Shown one piece after another: positions 19,732 to 29,106 of a DNA stretch of 64,000 nt. Origin of the DNA: an uncultured Hyphomonas sp. (lineage in GTDB: Bacteria > Pseudomonadota > Alphaproteobacteria > Caulobacterales > Hyphomonadaceae); assembly GCA_964409375.1 (NCBI GenBank), contig CAYPDA010000004.1:4926-68925 (forward strand). The letters are read 5' to 3'. Below the pieces are notes generated by a model. That model searched no databases, had not been told where the DNA came from, and saw only the letters and a list, made by a program, of their open reading frames with translations. The stretch's first letter is position 1. Each line of letters starts with the position of its first letter. The translations under genes and the position numbers were made by a program.

Positions 19732-20165
19732 TGGCTTTGTCCTCCGCCCTGTCTCGTACCTCTCGGGAAGTAGTGCGCGGCAAGGCGCCCGGCGAGTTCC
19801 TGTCCGCTGACCGCAAAGCGGGCTTCCGCCTCGACTGCCGTCCCATCGCAGACAGGGTAGAGGGTTTCTGCGCGCTGGTATGCCTGGTTGAACCGCGACA
19901 CGAGTGAGGTGCGAAGCTGTCCGGATTCCGGCGCCTCATGCCCCAGCATGTCAGTCATGTACCGCCGCCAGTACTGGTCTTCATTCCCATTGCAGCGCAC
20001 CCGTATCGCGTGTGCGGAGCCGAGGATGCCCGCCAGATCGGTGGCATCGCGGAAGTAATCCGGCCCACGGGTCGGCAGCTCCCCCTGCGGCAGGGCGGGC
20101 AGGAGGCTTGCGGCGAGGATCAGACCGCCGCTAATCAGGACCGTATGAAAACGCTTCTTCTTCAT
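19728..20165 (-). CDS. TIGR02301-like exported protein
   Basis: LAGILGSAHAIRVRC, QYWRRYM, LVSRFNQAY, C-terminal Cys; signal peptide; 4-nt overlap with the ggt start. Confidence 0.75.
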   Translation of the reverse strand: MKKKRFHTVLISGGLILAASLLPALPQGELPTRGPDYFRDATDLAGILGSAHAIRVRCNGNEDQYWRRYMTDMLGHEAPESGQLRTSLVSRFNQAYQRAETLYPVCDGTAVEAEARFAVSGQELAGRLAAHYFPRGTRQGGGQSQ

Positions 20166-21137
20166 GCGCGGACTTTCGCGCGCATCGCGCCCCGGCTCAA
20201 GGCCCTGGAAGCGGTGCTCACCATCGTGACGCTGGACGACGCTGGCCGGATGCACGACGCGTTCACATCCGTTGAGCTGAAAACCCCGCCGGTGATCAAC
20301 CTCGCCTATGGCAATGTCGATGCGTTCTATGCGCCGTCGGTGCGCGATTTCATGCTGGCGATTCTGAAAAGCGAGGATTTCGACTGGTTCCAGTCGGCGG
20401 CAGCGGGGATCGAGAACCCGGCCCTCGCCTCGATCGGCCAGAAGGCGCGTTTCTACACGACAAATCACACCCAGGCAGAAGCCATGGCGGAATGGGCGCT
20501 GTGGCAGGCGCTGGATTTCCTTCGCGACGGGCCGGGGCACCGGGCGCTGCAACGGCAAAGCAAATGGATGCGGCTGCGCGCAAGGGAAATGCAGGGCTCG
20601 CGCTGGCTGATCATCGGATACGGCTCCATCGGCGAGGCGACCGGGCGGCGTGTGAGCGCGCTCGGCGGCGTGGTCACGGGGCTCCGGCGCAGGCCGGGGC
20701 CGGCGACGGGCGCTGCGCGCGTCCTGCCGCCGGAAAGCCTGATGGCCGAACTGCCCGAAGCCGACATCGTGCTGCTGTGCGCGCCGCACACGGCGCAGAC
20801 CGAAGGCATGGCCAATGCGGCGTTTTTCAACGCGATGAATGCCCACGCCCTCTTCATGAATCTGGGGCGGGGCGCGCTGGTCGATGAGCCGGCCCTGGTC
20901 GCGGCGCTGGAGGCCGGCCGGCCGGCCTTCGCCGCGCTGGACGTGACCCGCACCGAACCGCTCCCGGAGGACAGCCCGCTCTGGCGCCACCCCTCCATTG
21001 CCATCACGCCGCATGACAGTTCAGATACACCGGGCACTGTCGCACGTGCGGACGAGACTTTTCTTGGTAATCTGGAGAACTATCTCCGCGGTCGTGCGTT
21101 AACCCATCTTGTCGACCGGGCGGCGTTCACCGCCTGA
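20145..21137 (+). CDS. D-2-hydroxyacid dehydrogenase family protein
   Basis: GYGSIG, NLGRGALVDE, AALDVT, EPLP, ITPH. Confidence 0.9.
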   Translation: MKTLLLHARTFARIAPRLKALEAVLTIVTLDDAGRMHDAFTSVELKTPPVINLAYGNVDAFYAPSVRDFMLAILKSEDFDWFQSAAAGIENPALASIGQKARFYTTNHTQAEAMAEWALWQALDFLRDGPGHRALQRQSKWMRLRAREMQGSRWLIIGYGSIGEATGRRVSALGGVVTGLRRRPGPATGAARVLPPESLMAELPEADIVLLCAPHTAQTEGMANAAFFNAMNAHALFMNLGRGALVDEPALVAALEAGRPAFAALDVTRTEPLPEDSPLWRHPSIAITPHDSSDTPGTVARADETFLGNLENYLRGRALTHLVDRAAFTA

Positions 21138-21162
21138 TAATTCGTGCCCGAAGGAGTTTTCC

Positions 21163-22398
21163 ATGCGCCATCTCATGTCTCTCACGCTGTCATCCGGTCT
21201 TGCAGGCATTCTGGCCGCTTGTGCCTCGCCGGCGGAGCCGGCTGCCGCAGGACCTGCCCAGCAGCCTGTTCAAACCAGTCAGGCTGCTGCCGGGCCGGCG
21301 GTTGCGCAAGTGCCGGCGCTGCCGGGATTCGATGTGACGGGAACGGACGCGATGGTGCTGACCGCCACGCCGCTTGAGACGTTCGACAATCCATGGGCGA
21401 TGACTTTCCTGCCGGATGGCCGATCGGTCGTCACCGAGAAGGGCGGGAAGATCTGGCTCTTGAATTCGGACGGACCGAAGGCCGGGGAAATTACCGGTGG
21501 CCCTTCGGTTGAGGCGCGCGGACAGGGCGGGCTCGGCGACTTCATCCTGCACCCGGATTTTGCCGAAACCGGCGCAATTTATGTGTCCTATGTCGAGCGC
21601 GACGCCGAGGATGACACCCTGTCCGGCGCTGCGGTGGAAAGCGCCGTGCTGACGCTGACCGAGACCGGCGGAGAGATCAGCGAGCGGAAGGTGATCTGGC
21701 GCCAGTTTCCCAAGGTGACCGGCAATGGCCATTACGGCCACCGGATGGCGGTGTCGCCGGACCAGTATCTCTACATCACCTCCGGCGAGCGCCAGAAGTT
21801 CGACCCGGCCCAGGACATGGCGGGCAATCTCGGCAAGGTGGTCCGCCTCAACCTCGACGGCGGCCTTCCGGAAGATAATCCGTTTGCGGAGCTTGGCGGC
21901 GTGGCGGCAGAGGTCTGGACGACAGGGCACCGCAATCCGCTTGGCATCGATTTCGACAGCACGGGCCGCCTGTGGGTCCAGGAAATGGGCCCGGCGCACG
22001 GCGATGAGCTGAACCTCATCATTCGCGGCGAGAATTACGGCTATCCGGAAGTTTCCAACGGCGACCATTATGACGGCCGCCCGATCCCGCACCATGACAC
22101 GCGGCCCGAATTCAAGGCGCCGGCCGTCTACTGGGTGCCCGCGATAAGCCCCGCAGGCCTGATCATCTATGACGGCGACCTGTTTGCCGAGTGGAATGGA
22201 AATGCCTTCCTCGGCGGCCTGTCCTCTGAAGCGTTGATCCGGGTCGAGTTGTCGGAGGATGGCAGCGCCGAAGAAGGTGGCCGCTATGCCTGGGACAAGC
22301 GTATCCGCGAAGTCGCCGAAGGCCCGGACGGCGCGCTCTATGTGCTCGAAGACCGGCAAGAGGCGCGGCTGATCCGGCTGACCCCTGCCGGCGACTGA
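21163..22398 (+). CDS. PQQ-dependent glucose/sorbosone (aldose sugar) dehydrogenase lipoprotein
   Basis: PWAMTFLPDG, GQGGL, HYGHR, GHRNPLG, EMGP, DELN, RIREV; lipobox LAAC; RBS AAGGAG. Confidence 0.9.
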   Translation: MRHLMSLTLSSGLAGILAACASPAEPAAAGPAQQPVQTSQAAAGPAVAQVPALPGFDVTGTDAMVLTATPLETFDNPWAMTFLPDGRSVVTEKGGKIWLLNSDGPKAGEITGGPSVEARGQGGLGDFILHPDFAETGAIYVSYVERDAEDDTLSGAAVESAVLTLTETGGEISERKVIWRQFPKVTGNGHYGHRMAVSPDQYLYITSGERQKFDPAQDMAGNLGKVVRLNLDGGLPEDNPFAELGGVAAEVWTTGHRNPLGIDFDSTGRLWVQEMGPAHGDELNLIIRGENYGYPEVSNGDHYDGRPIPHHDTRPEFKAPAVYWVPAISPAGLIIYDGDLFAEWNGNAFLGGLSSEALIRVELSEDGSAEEGGRYAWDKRIREVAEGPDGALYVLEDRQEARLIRLTPAGD

Positions 22399-22659
22399 TC
22401 CGCCCGGCGCGCCCGGCGGCCATCGGCGCAATTTTGAGACAGCCGCCGGCTCCATATGCGCCAGGGCCTCAATGATCCGCACATGCGGCAATGCCGGCGG
22501 ACGTTTCCTGGCCCTCTGAGAGGGCTTCGAAGCGTCCGGCGACGCGGTCTGCGCGATGGCCGTTCTTTCGCTGCGGGCCTTGATGCTACGTCGGTGACCG
22601 TGCCCTGCCTGTTCTCGAATCGCCGCCGCGGGCTTTGAGGGCCCCTGATGATTTTCCCC

Positions 22660-22684
22660 GGAACCGGCACAGGCCTGCTGCGTT
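22660..22684 (+). promoter_or_regulatory. General stress response (EcfG/SigT-type) promoter
   Basis: Exact GGAAC-N16-CGTT about 100 nt upstream of the glycine-zipper lipoprotein. Confidence 0.7.
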
Positions 22685-22786
22685 TGTCTGTTGTAGATCA
22701 GGCATTCGCTGCACCCTGCTTCCGGCGCGCCTGGCGCACTGAACGTCTTTGAAAGCAGCAGGAAAAAAGAAACAGGAGACTGACCG

Positions 22787-23152
22787 ATGAAAGCGCTTTC
22801 CATCCCCGTAATTGCGGCCGCGGCCATGGCGCTCGCGGCCTGCGAGTCGACAGGCCAGTATCAGGGTACAGCACGTGACGCTGCCGTCGGCGGCGCGATT
22901 GGCGCTGCTGGCGGCGCCATCCTCGCGGGCGACGGTAACCGTACGCAGGGCGCCGTCATCGGCGGCGCACTCGGCGCTGCGGCGGGCGGTGTATATGGCT
23001 GCTCGCGTGACCGCGTCTGCCCCTGGAGCAACGACAACCCGAACCAGTCGCAGCTCTATACCGATAACCGGACCGGCCAGCGCTACTTCGTCGATACGGC
23101 GACCGGCGACACCTATTGGGAAAACGGCCAGTTCCGTGCGCCGGGCAACTGA
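22787..23152 (+). CDS. Glycine-zipper lipoprotein
   Basis: Lipobox LAAC; GGAIGAAGGA and GGALGAAAGG repeats; RBS CAGGAG. Confidence 0.85.
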   Translation: MKALSIPVIAAAAMALAACESTGQYQGTARDAAVGGAIGAAGGAILAGDGNRTQGAVIGGALGAAAGGVYGCSRDRVCPWSNDNPNQSQLYTDNRTGQRYFVDTATGDTYWENGQFRAPGN

Positions 23153-23174
23153 GTTGCCGGCGGCGGCCTGGCAG

Positions 23175-24158
23175 TCAGGCCGTCGCCCTTGCCCGCATGG
23201 CATTCATCCGTGCGATGGCGGCTTGCGCGTCACGCATGATGTCAGCGACGATTTCTGCGACAGGTTTGACGTCCCGCACGCCGCCTGCGGACTGGCCCAT
23301 CGCAAAGCAGGATTTATCCATCGACAGACGCGCTTCATCCGTGATCCCGCCAATCCCGCCGATGGTGCCGTTCTGGTGTGAGTGCATGGCCTGAAACGGA
23401 AAGGGCTGGATATCCTGCGGCCGGCCTTCCCAGTCATTGATGTAATCATTGGTGCGGCAGCGCATGGGCTTGCCGGAATAGCAGCGCGTGCGGGTGGTGT
23501 CGGTGTCGCCGGCGCCGACAACAGCGTCTTTGTACATTTTCGCGGCATGCGCCTCGGCGCTGGCAATGAAGCGGGTCCCCATCCAGACGCCTTCCGCGCC
23601 GAGCGCGAGGGCGGCTGCAAGACCGCGGCCGTCATAGATGCCTCCCGCCGCGATCACCGGGATCTTCACCGCCTCCACGGCCTGGGCAACCAGCGGCATC
23701 GTGCCGACGAGGCCGGTATGGCCGCCGCCTTCGCCGCCCTGGAGGATGACGGCATCGCAGCCCGCCTGTTCGGCCTTGATGGCGTGCTTTACCGCGCCGC
23801 CGACAACCATGACCTTCAGGCCGGCCTTCTTTAGCCGGTCCATGATCGGCACCGGCACGCCGAGGCCGGCCACGAAGGAATCGGCGCCGCCCTTGATGAT
23901 CACATCGACCGAGGCTTCAAGGCTCTCCGGGCTCGCGGCAAGCAGATCGACGCCGAACGGGCGATCCGTCAGCGCGCGCACCTTCTTCATCTGTTCTGCG
24001 ATGAAGTCAGGCGTCGTACCCGCCATGCCGAGCACGCCATAGCCGCCCGCATTGCACATGGCCGCGCAGACTTGCGCGTAGGAAACCCCGCCCATGCCGG
24101 CGAGCATCACGGGATGCTCGGTTTTCAGAAGGTCGGTAAGGCGGGTTTGCAGGGCCAT
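23175..24158 (-). CDS. Nitronate monooxygenase / FabK-like flavin oxidoreductase
   Basis: AGMGGVS, QGGEGGGHTG, VIAAGGIYDGRG, VWMGTRF, GQSAG. Confidence 0.9.
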   Translation of the reverse strand: MALQTRLTDLLKTEHPVMLAGMGGVSYAQVCAAMCNAGGYGVLGMAGTTPDFIAEQMKKVRALTDRPFGVDLLAASPESLEASVDVIIKGGADSFVAGLGVPVPIMDRLKKAGLKVMVVGGAVKHAIKAEQAGCDAVILQGGEGGGHTGLVGTMPLVAQAVEAVKIPVIAAGGIYDGRGLAAALALGAEGVWMGTRFIASAEAHAAKMYKDAVVGAGDTDTTRTRCYSGKPMRCRTNDYINDWEGRPQDIQPFPFQAMHSHQNGTIGGIGGITDEARLSMDKSCFAMGQSAGGVRDVKPVAEIVADIMRDAQAAIARMNAMRARATA

Positions 24159-24365
24159 GAGAGACGTCCTTTGAATGCTTGGAGCTTGTCAGGTTTCGCC
24201 TAGCCGCTCGCCGCAGCGTCAACGCAATAGGGCGAAACCCGCCCTGATTTGGACGAAATTGCCGCCGCTTTGCCGCAATCTGGCCGTGATCAAAAGGCAA
24301 CACTTCATTCGTCGGCCGGAACGAGACGGCTGGCTTTCATCAAAACTCTGAGAGGGGAAGCTCTT

Positions 24366-24599
24366 ATGAAGAAACTTTTCGCTGGCGTAGCTGCCACCGC
24401 CCTGTTCGCTGGTGTTGCCTTTGCAGGTGAAGCGCCTGTGGAAGCCGATGCGATCGAAACCGAAGCGGCCTACGAAGAAACCACCGAGGTCGAAATCGAA
24501 GCTGAGGGCGACGCCGAAGCAGAGATCGTGAAGACCTACGCTGAGCCGGAAGAAGATGAAGGCGAAGAAGAAGAAACCGAAGAAGAAGATGCCGAATAA
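24366..24599 (+). CDS. Small, extremely acidic exported protein
   Basis: Signal MKKLFAGVAATALFAGVAFA; Glu/Ala-rich mature part; purine-rich RBS; own terminator. Confidence 0.75.
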   Translation: MKKLFAGVAATALFAGVAFAGEAPVEADAIETEAAYEETTEVEIEAEGDAEAEIVKTYAEPEEDEGEEEETEEEDAE

Positions 24600-24621
24600 T
24601 CGGGCATCCTTCGAGGAAATG

Positions 24622-24649
24622 CCCCCCGCGCGATGTGCGGGGGGTTTTT
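24622..24649 (+). terminator. Intrinsic terminator
   Basis: CCCCCCGCGC-GAT-GTGCGGGGGG followed by TTTTT. Confidence 0.85.
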
Positions 24650-24762
24650 CTGGATAACGAGACGGCGCACCCAAAGCCGCGATGCGAAATGAACTTTAAG
24701 TAATGCGGCAATGATGCTAAGCACCGGCCGTTCGCAAGAACACACACAGGGGTAGTACCAAC

Positions 24763-25056
24763 ATGAAGACTCTTTTCCTGATCGGCGCTTCGGCGCTCGT
24801 TCTGGCCGCTTGCGGTGCAGCTGAAGAAGCACCGCCGGCTGCTGTGCCTCCGACCGTCGAAGAATCGGTTGACGAAGCCGTCGACGCGGCGACGGAAGCC
24901 GTCACAGAAGCTTATGACGTTAGCGAAGAAGCTGCTGAAGACGCTGTCGAAGCGATCGAAGACGCTGCCAGCGACGCTGCAGACGCTGCTGAAGAGGCTG
25001 CCGAAGCCACTGAAGAAGCTACAGAAGAAGCCATCGAAGAAGTCACGCCGGAGTAA
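24763..25056 (+). CDS. Small, extremely acidic Ala/Glu-rich lipoprotein
   Basis: Lipobox LAAC; no Lys or Arg after the Cys; own terminator. Confidence 0.8.
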   Translation: MKTLFLIGASALVLAACGAAEEAPPAAVPPTVEESVDEAVDAATEAVTEAYDVSEEAAEDAVEAIEDAASDAADAAEEAAEATEEATEEAIEEVTPE

Positions 25057-25084
25057 TCGGCGTCCTCTTCGGAGGAACGAAGAC

Positions 25085-25117
25085 AGGGCCGCTTCCCCAG
25101 GGAGGCGGCCCTTTTTT
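25085..25117 (+). terminator. Intrinsic terminator
   Basis: AGGGCCGCTTCC...GGAGGCGGCCCT followed by a T run. Confidence 0.85.
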
Positions 25118-25127
25118 CGTGTACGGT

Positions 25128-25913
25128 TCAGAACTTTGCGTAGCCGCCATCGACGACCAGCGTATCGCCCGAATGGTATTTGGAAGCGTCCGAGGCGAGA
25201 TAGACCGCAATCCCGCCGAAATCCTCCGGCTCCCCCCAGCGGCGGATCGGGACGCGGCTGATTACTTTGGTCTGGAAGGTGTCGTTGCCCTGCGCCCCTT
25301 CGGTCATGTCCGTGGCGATCCAGCCCGGCAGGACCGAGTTGGCGCGGATGCCATAGCGGCCATATTCGACGCAGCAGGCGTTCATCATTGCGATCAAGCC
25401 GCCTTTGGTTGATGCGTAGGCCTGGTTGCGCCCGGCGCCTTCGATTCCCGCGAGCGAGGCTGTGCCAACAAGGCTGCCGCCGAGATCGCCGGTCCTGGCG
25501 CGCTGCACCATGAATTTTGCCGCTTCACGCAGGGTGAAGAAGGCGCCTTCCATATTGATCCGGTGATTATAGCGCCAGGTGTCCAGCGTCATCGTCTCGA
25601 AAGAGGCCGCGCCGCGTCCGACGCCGGCATTGGCGATGCATGTGTCGATCCGCCCGAAATGCGCATGGGCCGCGGCCATCGCCTCGACGACCTGCGCCTC
25701 TTCGCCGACATCGACGGCCCAGGCCTTGACGCTGCCGGTGCCGAGGCCTTCGAGTTTTCTGACGGCGTCGGCGTTGGTCTGCGCATTCCTGCCCCAGACG
25801 GCGACATTCGCATTCGAGGCCGCCAGCGCCTCGGCCATGCCGAGGCCAATGCCCCGGTTGCCGCCGGTCACGACACAGACTTTTCCAGTGAGATCAAAAG
25901 GTTTGTACGTCAT
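25128..25913 (-). CDS. Short-chain dehydrogenase/reductase
   Basis: TGGNRGIG, ANAG, YASTK, PGWIATDM, VVDGG. Confidence 0.92.
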   Translation of the reverse strand: MTYKPFDLTGKVCVVTGGNRGIGLGMAEALAASNANVAVWGRNAQTNADAVRKLEGLGTGSVKAWAVDVGEEAQVVEAMAAAHAHFGRIDTCIANAGVGRGAASFETMTLDTWRYNHRINMEGAFFTLREAAKFMVQRARTGDLGGSLVGTASLAGIEGAGRNQAYASTKGGLIAMMNACCVEYGRYGIRANSVLPGWIATDMTEGAQGNDTFQTKVISRVPIRRWGEPEDFGGIAVYLASDASKYHSGDTLVVDGGYAKF

Positions 25914-26176
25914 GGCCTGGAGGCTCCTGCGGGATTTGTGTTCAGCTTACTGGCTGGTTTTGAGGTATCCAGACAGACCTGACGCAAGGGCGGGTCAAGC
26001 GCGAAGCGGGGGAAACAGGCCTTAAGCGACAGGGCTCGTATCTGACGCCGCTTGATTTCGTGCCGGGCCGCTTCGACCAGAAATGCCGGGCGGGTTCGTC
26101 CCGCCCGCGCGCCGCGGCATCGACGGGCTTCAACAAACCCTTGCCGAGACTGATGAATGCGCAAGGCCGTGTGAGA

Positions 26177-27484
26177 TTAGCCCGCCTTCGACAGATCCGT
26201 AAGATGGCGCAGTTCGCCCGTCACCTGGCTGAGGTTCTGACGAATTGCCCGAAGCCCGCCGCCGCGGCCGGCATGGGCGAGAAGCTGGCGCCAGGGTGGC
26301 TGGCCGTCTTGCGGCGCCTTTACGGCAAAATGCGCCGAGCGTGGCAGGGCCGCTGTCATCAGCGCTTCTGACAGGGCGAAGCCGGCCATCTGGTCAAACA
26401 CGCCATTGCGGGCATCGGCCTCGAAGGTCGATTGCTCGCTGCGGTGCACCAGGTTGAACAGGATCGACAGATCCGGCTGGCGCGCCTCGTCAATCTCGCT
26501 GCGGATGACCTGGCCCAGCAGGCGCACCCCGCGCAGGGAATAGATGTCGGCATGCATCGGCGCGATAACCCGGTCGGCGGCTTCCAGAGCGCAGCGCGTG
26601 AGGAAGGTCGCATTCGGGTTGGTATCGAACACGATGAGATCATATTCGCTGCGGTAATGCTCGATCGAGCGCAGGAAATGCTGTTTCACGGCGGCAAGAC
26701 CGTCCGGGTCTGAGGCAAAGGCGTATTTCGAGATCTCGAACTGGCCCGAGACAAGGTCGAGCCGGCCGGGCGGGCCATCCTCTCCGAGCAGCGCGTGCAT
26801 GAACTTCTCGCGCGGGGCGGGGCTGAATGGGGTCAGGGTCAGGCTCAGCCAGTTCTCGGCCGGGGAAACCGCATCGCGTGCATGCAGGCGCGAGCGCTCG
26901 AACAGGGAGATCACCGACCGGTCCTCTGCGGACGAGGCATCCGCGGTTTCCATGCTGAAGAAGGTCTGGGTGAGGTTGTATTGCGGATCGAGGTCGACCA
27001 GCAGCACGCGCCCGCCGATCTCTGCCTGCCACGCGCCAAAGACCTGCGCGGTCACGGTCGTCTTTCCCACCCCGCCCTTGAGGTTCATGACAGCGACCAC
27101 CGGGCACTTCTTCCGGTAGGTTGCCTGGACCTCCGCGACCAGCCGGCCCAGCCCGTCGGGAAGGGAAGAGGAGAGACTGAGATGCGGCTGGACCGCCTGC
27201 TTGAAAAAGCCGGTCAGCCGGGCCTTGTCGACCTGGTAGGGAATGATCTTCAGGCCCCGCGCCCTGGCCGTTTCCACATCCTCGCGTACGCTTCGCGAGC
27301 GGATCGAGGCAGCCGAGACCAGCACGACGAGGGCAAAGGCCTGGCGCATCGCCTCGTCCGCGGCGTCCCGGCTTTCCGCTCCGGCGGCATAGGAAACGGT
27401 GATCCCGGAGGCCCGCAATGCCTCATGCAGGGCGAGTAATGCGTCCGGGTCTGCGCCCGAATGGCTGATATAGACGTGAGACAT
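26177..27484 (-). CDS. TIR-like domain fused to a ParA/Soj ATPase
   Basis: N-terminus VYISHS...LVVLVSAASIRS...IIP; deviant Walker A KGGVGKTT, VDLDPQ, IVFDTNP. Confidence 0.82.
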   Translation of the reverse strand: MSHVYISHSGADPDALLALHEALRASGITVSYAAGAESRDAADEAMRQAFALVVLVSAASIRSRSVREDVETARARGLKIIPYQVDKARLTGFFKQAVQPHLSLSSSLPDGLGRLVAEVQATYRKKCPVVAVMNLKGGVGKTTVTAQVFGAWQAEIGGRVLLVDLDPQYNLTQTFFSMETADASSAEDRSVISLFERSRLHARDAVSPAENWLSLTLTPFSPAPREKFMHALLGEDGPPGRLDLVSGQFEISKYAFASDPDGLAAVKQHFLRSIEHYRSEYDLIVFDTNPNATFLTRCALEAADRVIAPMHADIYSLRGVRLLGQVIRSEIDEARQPDLSILFNLVHRSEQSTFEADARNGVFDQMAGFALSEALMTAALPRSAHFAVKAPQDGQPPWRQLLAHAGRGGGLRAIRQNLSQVTGELRHLTDLSKAG

Positions 27485-27639
27485 CTGGCCCCCTTGCCTT
27501 GCGAACCCATTGGCACCACAGGCCTTTTTAACGGGCTTGTAGAGGGCTCGGCCACCTTAATGCTGCGAAATTATGGTGAAACTTGAGAAACCGCGAGCCA
27601 TGTGGTTTATGCGCGAACAATTCCGAGCGAGACTGACCG

Positions 27640-29019
27640 ATGACCTGGCACCCTTCCGACTGGCGCAACCTGCCGGCCAAGCACATTCCGGACGATTATC
27701 CGGATGCGGCGGCGCTTGCGGCGGCAGAAGCCCGGCTCAGGAACTTTCCGCCGCTCGTCTTTGCCGGCGAGGCACGCCGCCTGAAGGCGCGGCTCGGCGA
27801 AGTGGCGGCCGGCAACGCGTTCCTCCTGCAGGGCGGGGACTGCGCCGAAAGCTTCAAGGAATTCCATCCCGACAATATCCGCGACACCTTCCGCGTCATC
27901 CTGCAGATGGCCGTCGTGCTGACCTTCGCCGCTGCCAAGCCGGTCGTGAAGGTGGGGCGCATTGCCGGCCAGTTCGGCAAGCCGCGCTCGGAGCCGACCG
28001 AGACGATCGACGGTGTCACGCTGCCGTCCTACCGGGGCGATAACATCAACGGCATGGAGTTCACGCCCGAGGCGCGCATTCCGGACCCGGAGCGAATGAT
28101 CCAGGCCTATTCGCAATCGGCCGCGACGCTGAACCTGCTGCGCGCCTTCAGCCAGGGCGGTTATGCGAGCCTCGCCAACGTCCAGCGCTGGATGCTCGGC
28201 TTCGTCGACCGCTCCCCTCAGGGCGAGCGCTACCAGAAGCTGGCCGACCAGATCTCCGCCTCGCTGCGCTTCATGCAGGCGGTCGGCCTGAACGCCGAAA
28301 CCGTACCGCAGATGGCGCAGGTTGAGTTCTACACGAGCCATGAAGCGCTGATGCTGGGCTTTGAAGAGGCCATGACGCGCATCGATTCCACCAGCGGTGA
28401 CTGGTATGACACCTCCGCCCACATGCTGTGGATCGGGCACCGGACAAGGCAGATCGAACATGCGCATGTCAATTTCTGCAAGGGCATCAGGAACCCGATC
28501 GGCATCAAATGCGGGCCCGGCATGGAACCGGACGAGCTGATCCGTCTGATTGATACGCTGAACCCGGCGGATGAGGCCGGCCGCATCACCCTGATCTCGC
28601 GCTTCGGCTCGGAAGGCGTCGCCAGGGGCCTGCCGCCCCTCGCGCGGGCGATCAGGACGTCCGGCCGCACGGTCGTCTGGTCGTGCGATCCGATGCACGG
28701 CAACACGCTGAAAACCGGCACCGGCTTCAAGACGCGGCCCGTGGACCGGATCCTCTCTGAAGTGCGCCAGTTCATCGATGTGCTGACGGCCGAAGGCTGC
28801 TATCCGGGCGGCGTGCATTTCGAGATGACCGGCCAGAATGTCACCGAATGTATCGGCGGCGCGCAAGCCATCTCGGAACAGGACCTCTCCAGCCGCTACC
28901 ACACCCATTGCGACCCGCGTCTGAACGGCGAACAGGCGCTGGAACTCGCTTTCCTCGTCGCCGAGAAACTTCAGGCCGCCGAAGCTGGCCAGAGCGACGG
29001 CGCCCGCAGGGCGGGTTGA
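27640..29019 (+). CDS. Class II DAHP synthase
   Basis: [52 protein letters not shown]. Confidence 0.96.
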   Translation: MTWHPSDWRNLPAKHIPDDYPDAAALAAAEARLRNFPPLVFAGEARRLKARLGEVAAGNAFLLQGGDCAESFKEFHPDNIRDTFRVILQMAVVLTFAAAKPVVKVGRIAGQFGKPRSEPTETIDGVTLPSYRGDNINGMEFTPEARIPDPERMIQAYSQSAATLNLLRAFSQGGYASLANVQRWMLGFVDRSPQGERYQKLADQISASLRFMQAVGLNAETVPQMAQVEFYTSHEALMLGFEEAMTRIDSTSGDWYDTSAHMLWIGHRTRQIEHAHVNFCKGIRNPIGIKCGPGMEPDELIRLIDTLNPADEAGRITLISRFGSEGVARGLPPLARAIRTSGRTVVWSCDPMHGNTLKTGTGFKTRPVDRILSEVRQFIDVLTAEGCYPGGVHFEMTGQNVTECIGGAQAISEQDLSSRYHTHCDPRLNGEQALELAFLVAEKLQAAEAGQSDGARRAG

Positions 29020-29106
29020 GGCTGCGGCGGCTGTAAGGCCTTTGATCTGACCTCGGGCTCGGCTAGCGTCGCGTGTGAGCGGCCCGGTGGCTTGACAGGA
29101 CAGCGG

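Noticed and set aside
19728-21014. 428-aa minus-strand ORF
   Set aside because: Only the part from 20165 looks real; the rest is antisense to the dehydrogenase.
24318-24342. Second EcfG promoter before the acidic protein
   Set aside because: GGAAC is present but there is no CGTT/CATT at 16-17 nt spacing.
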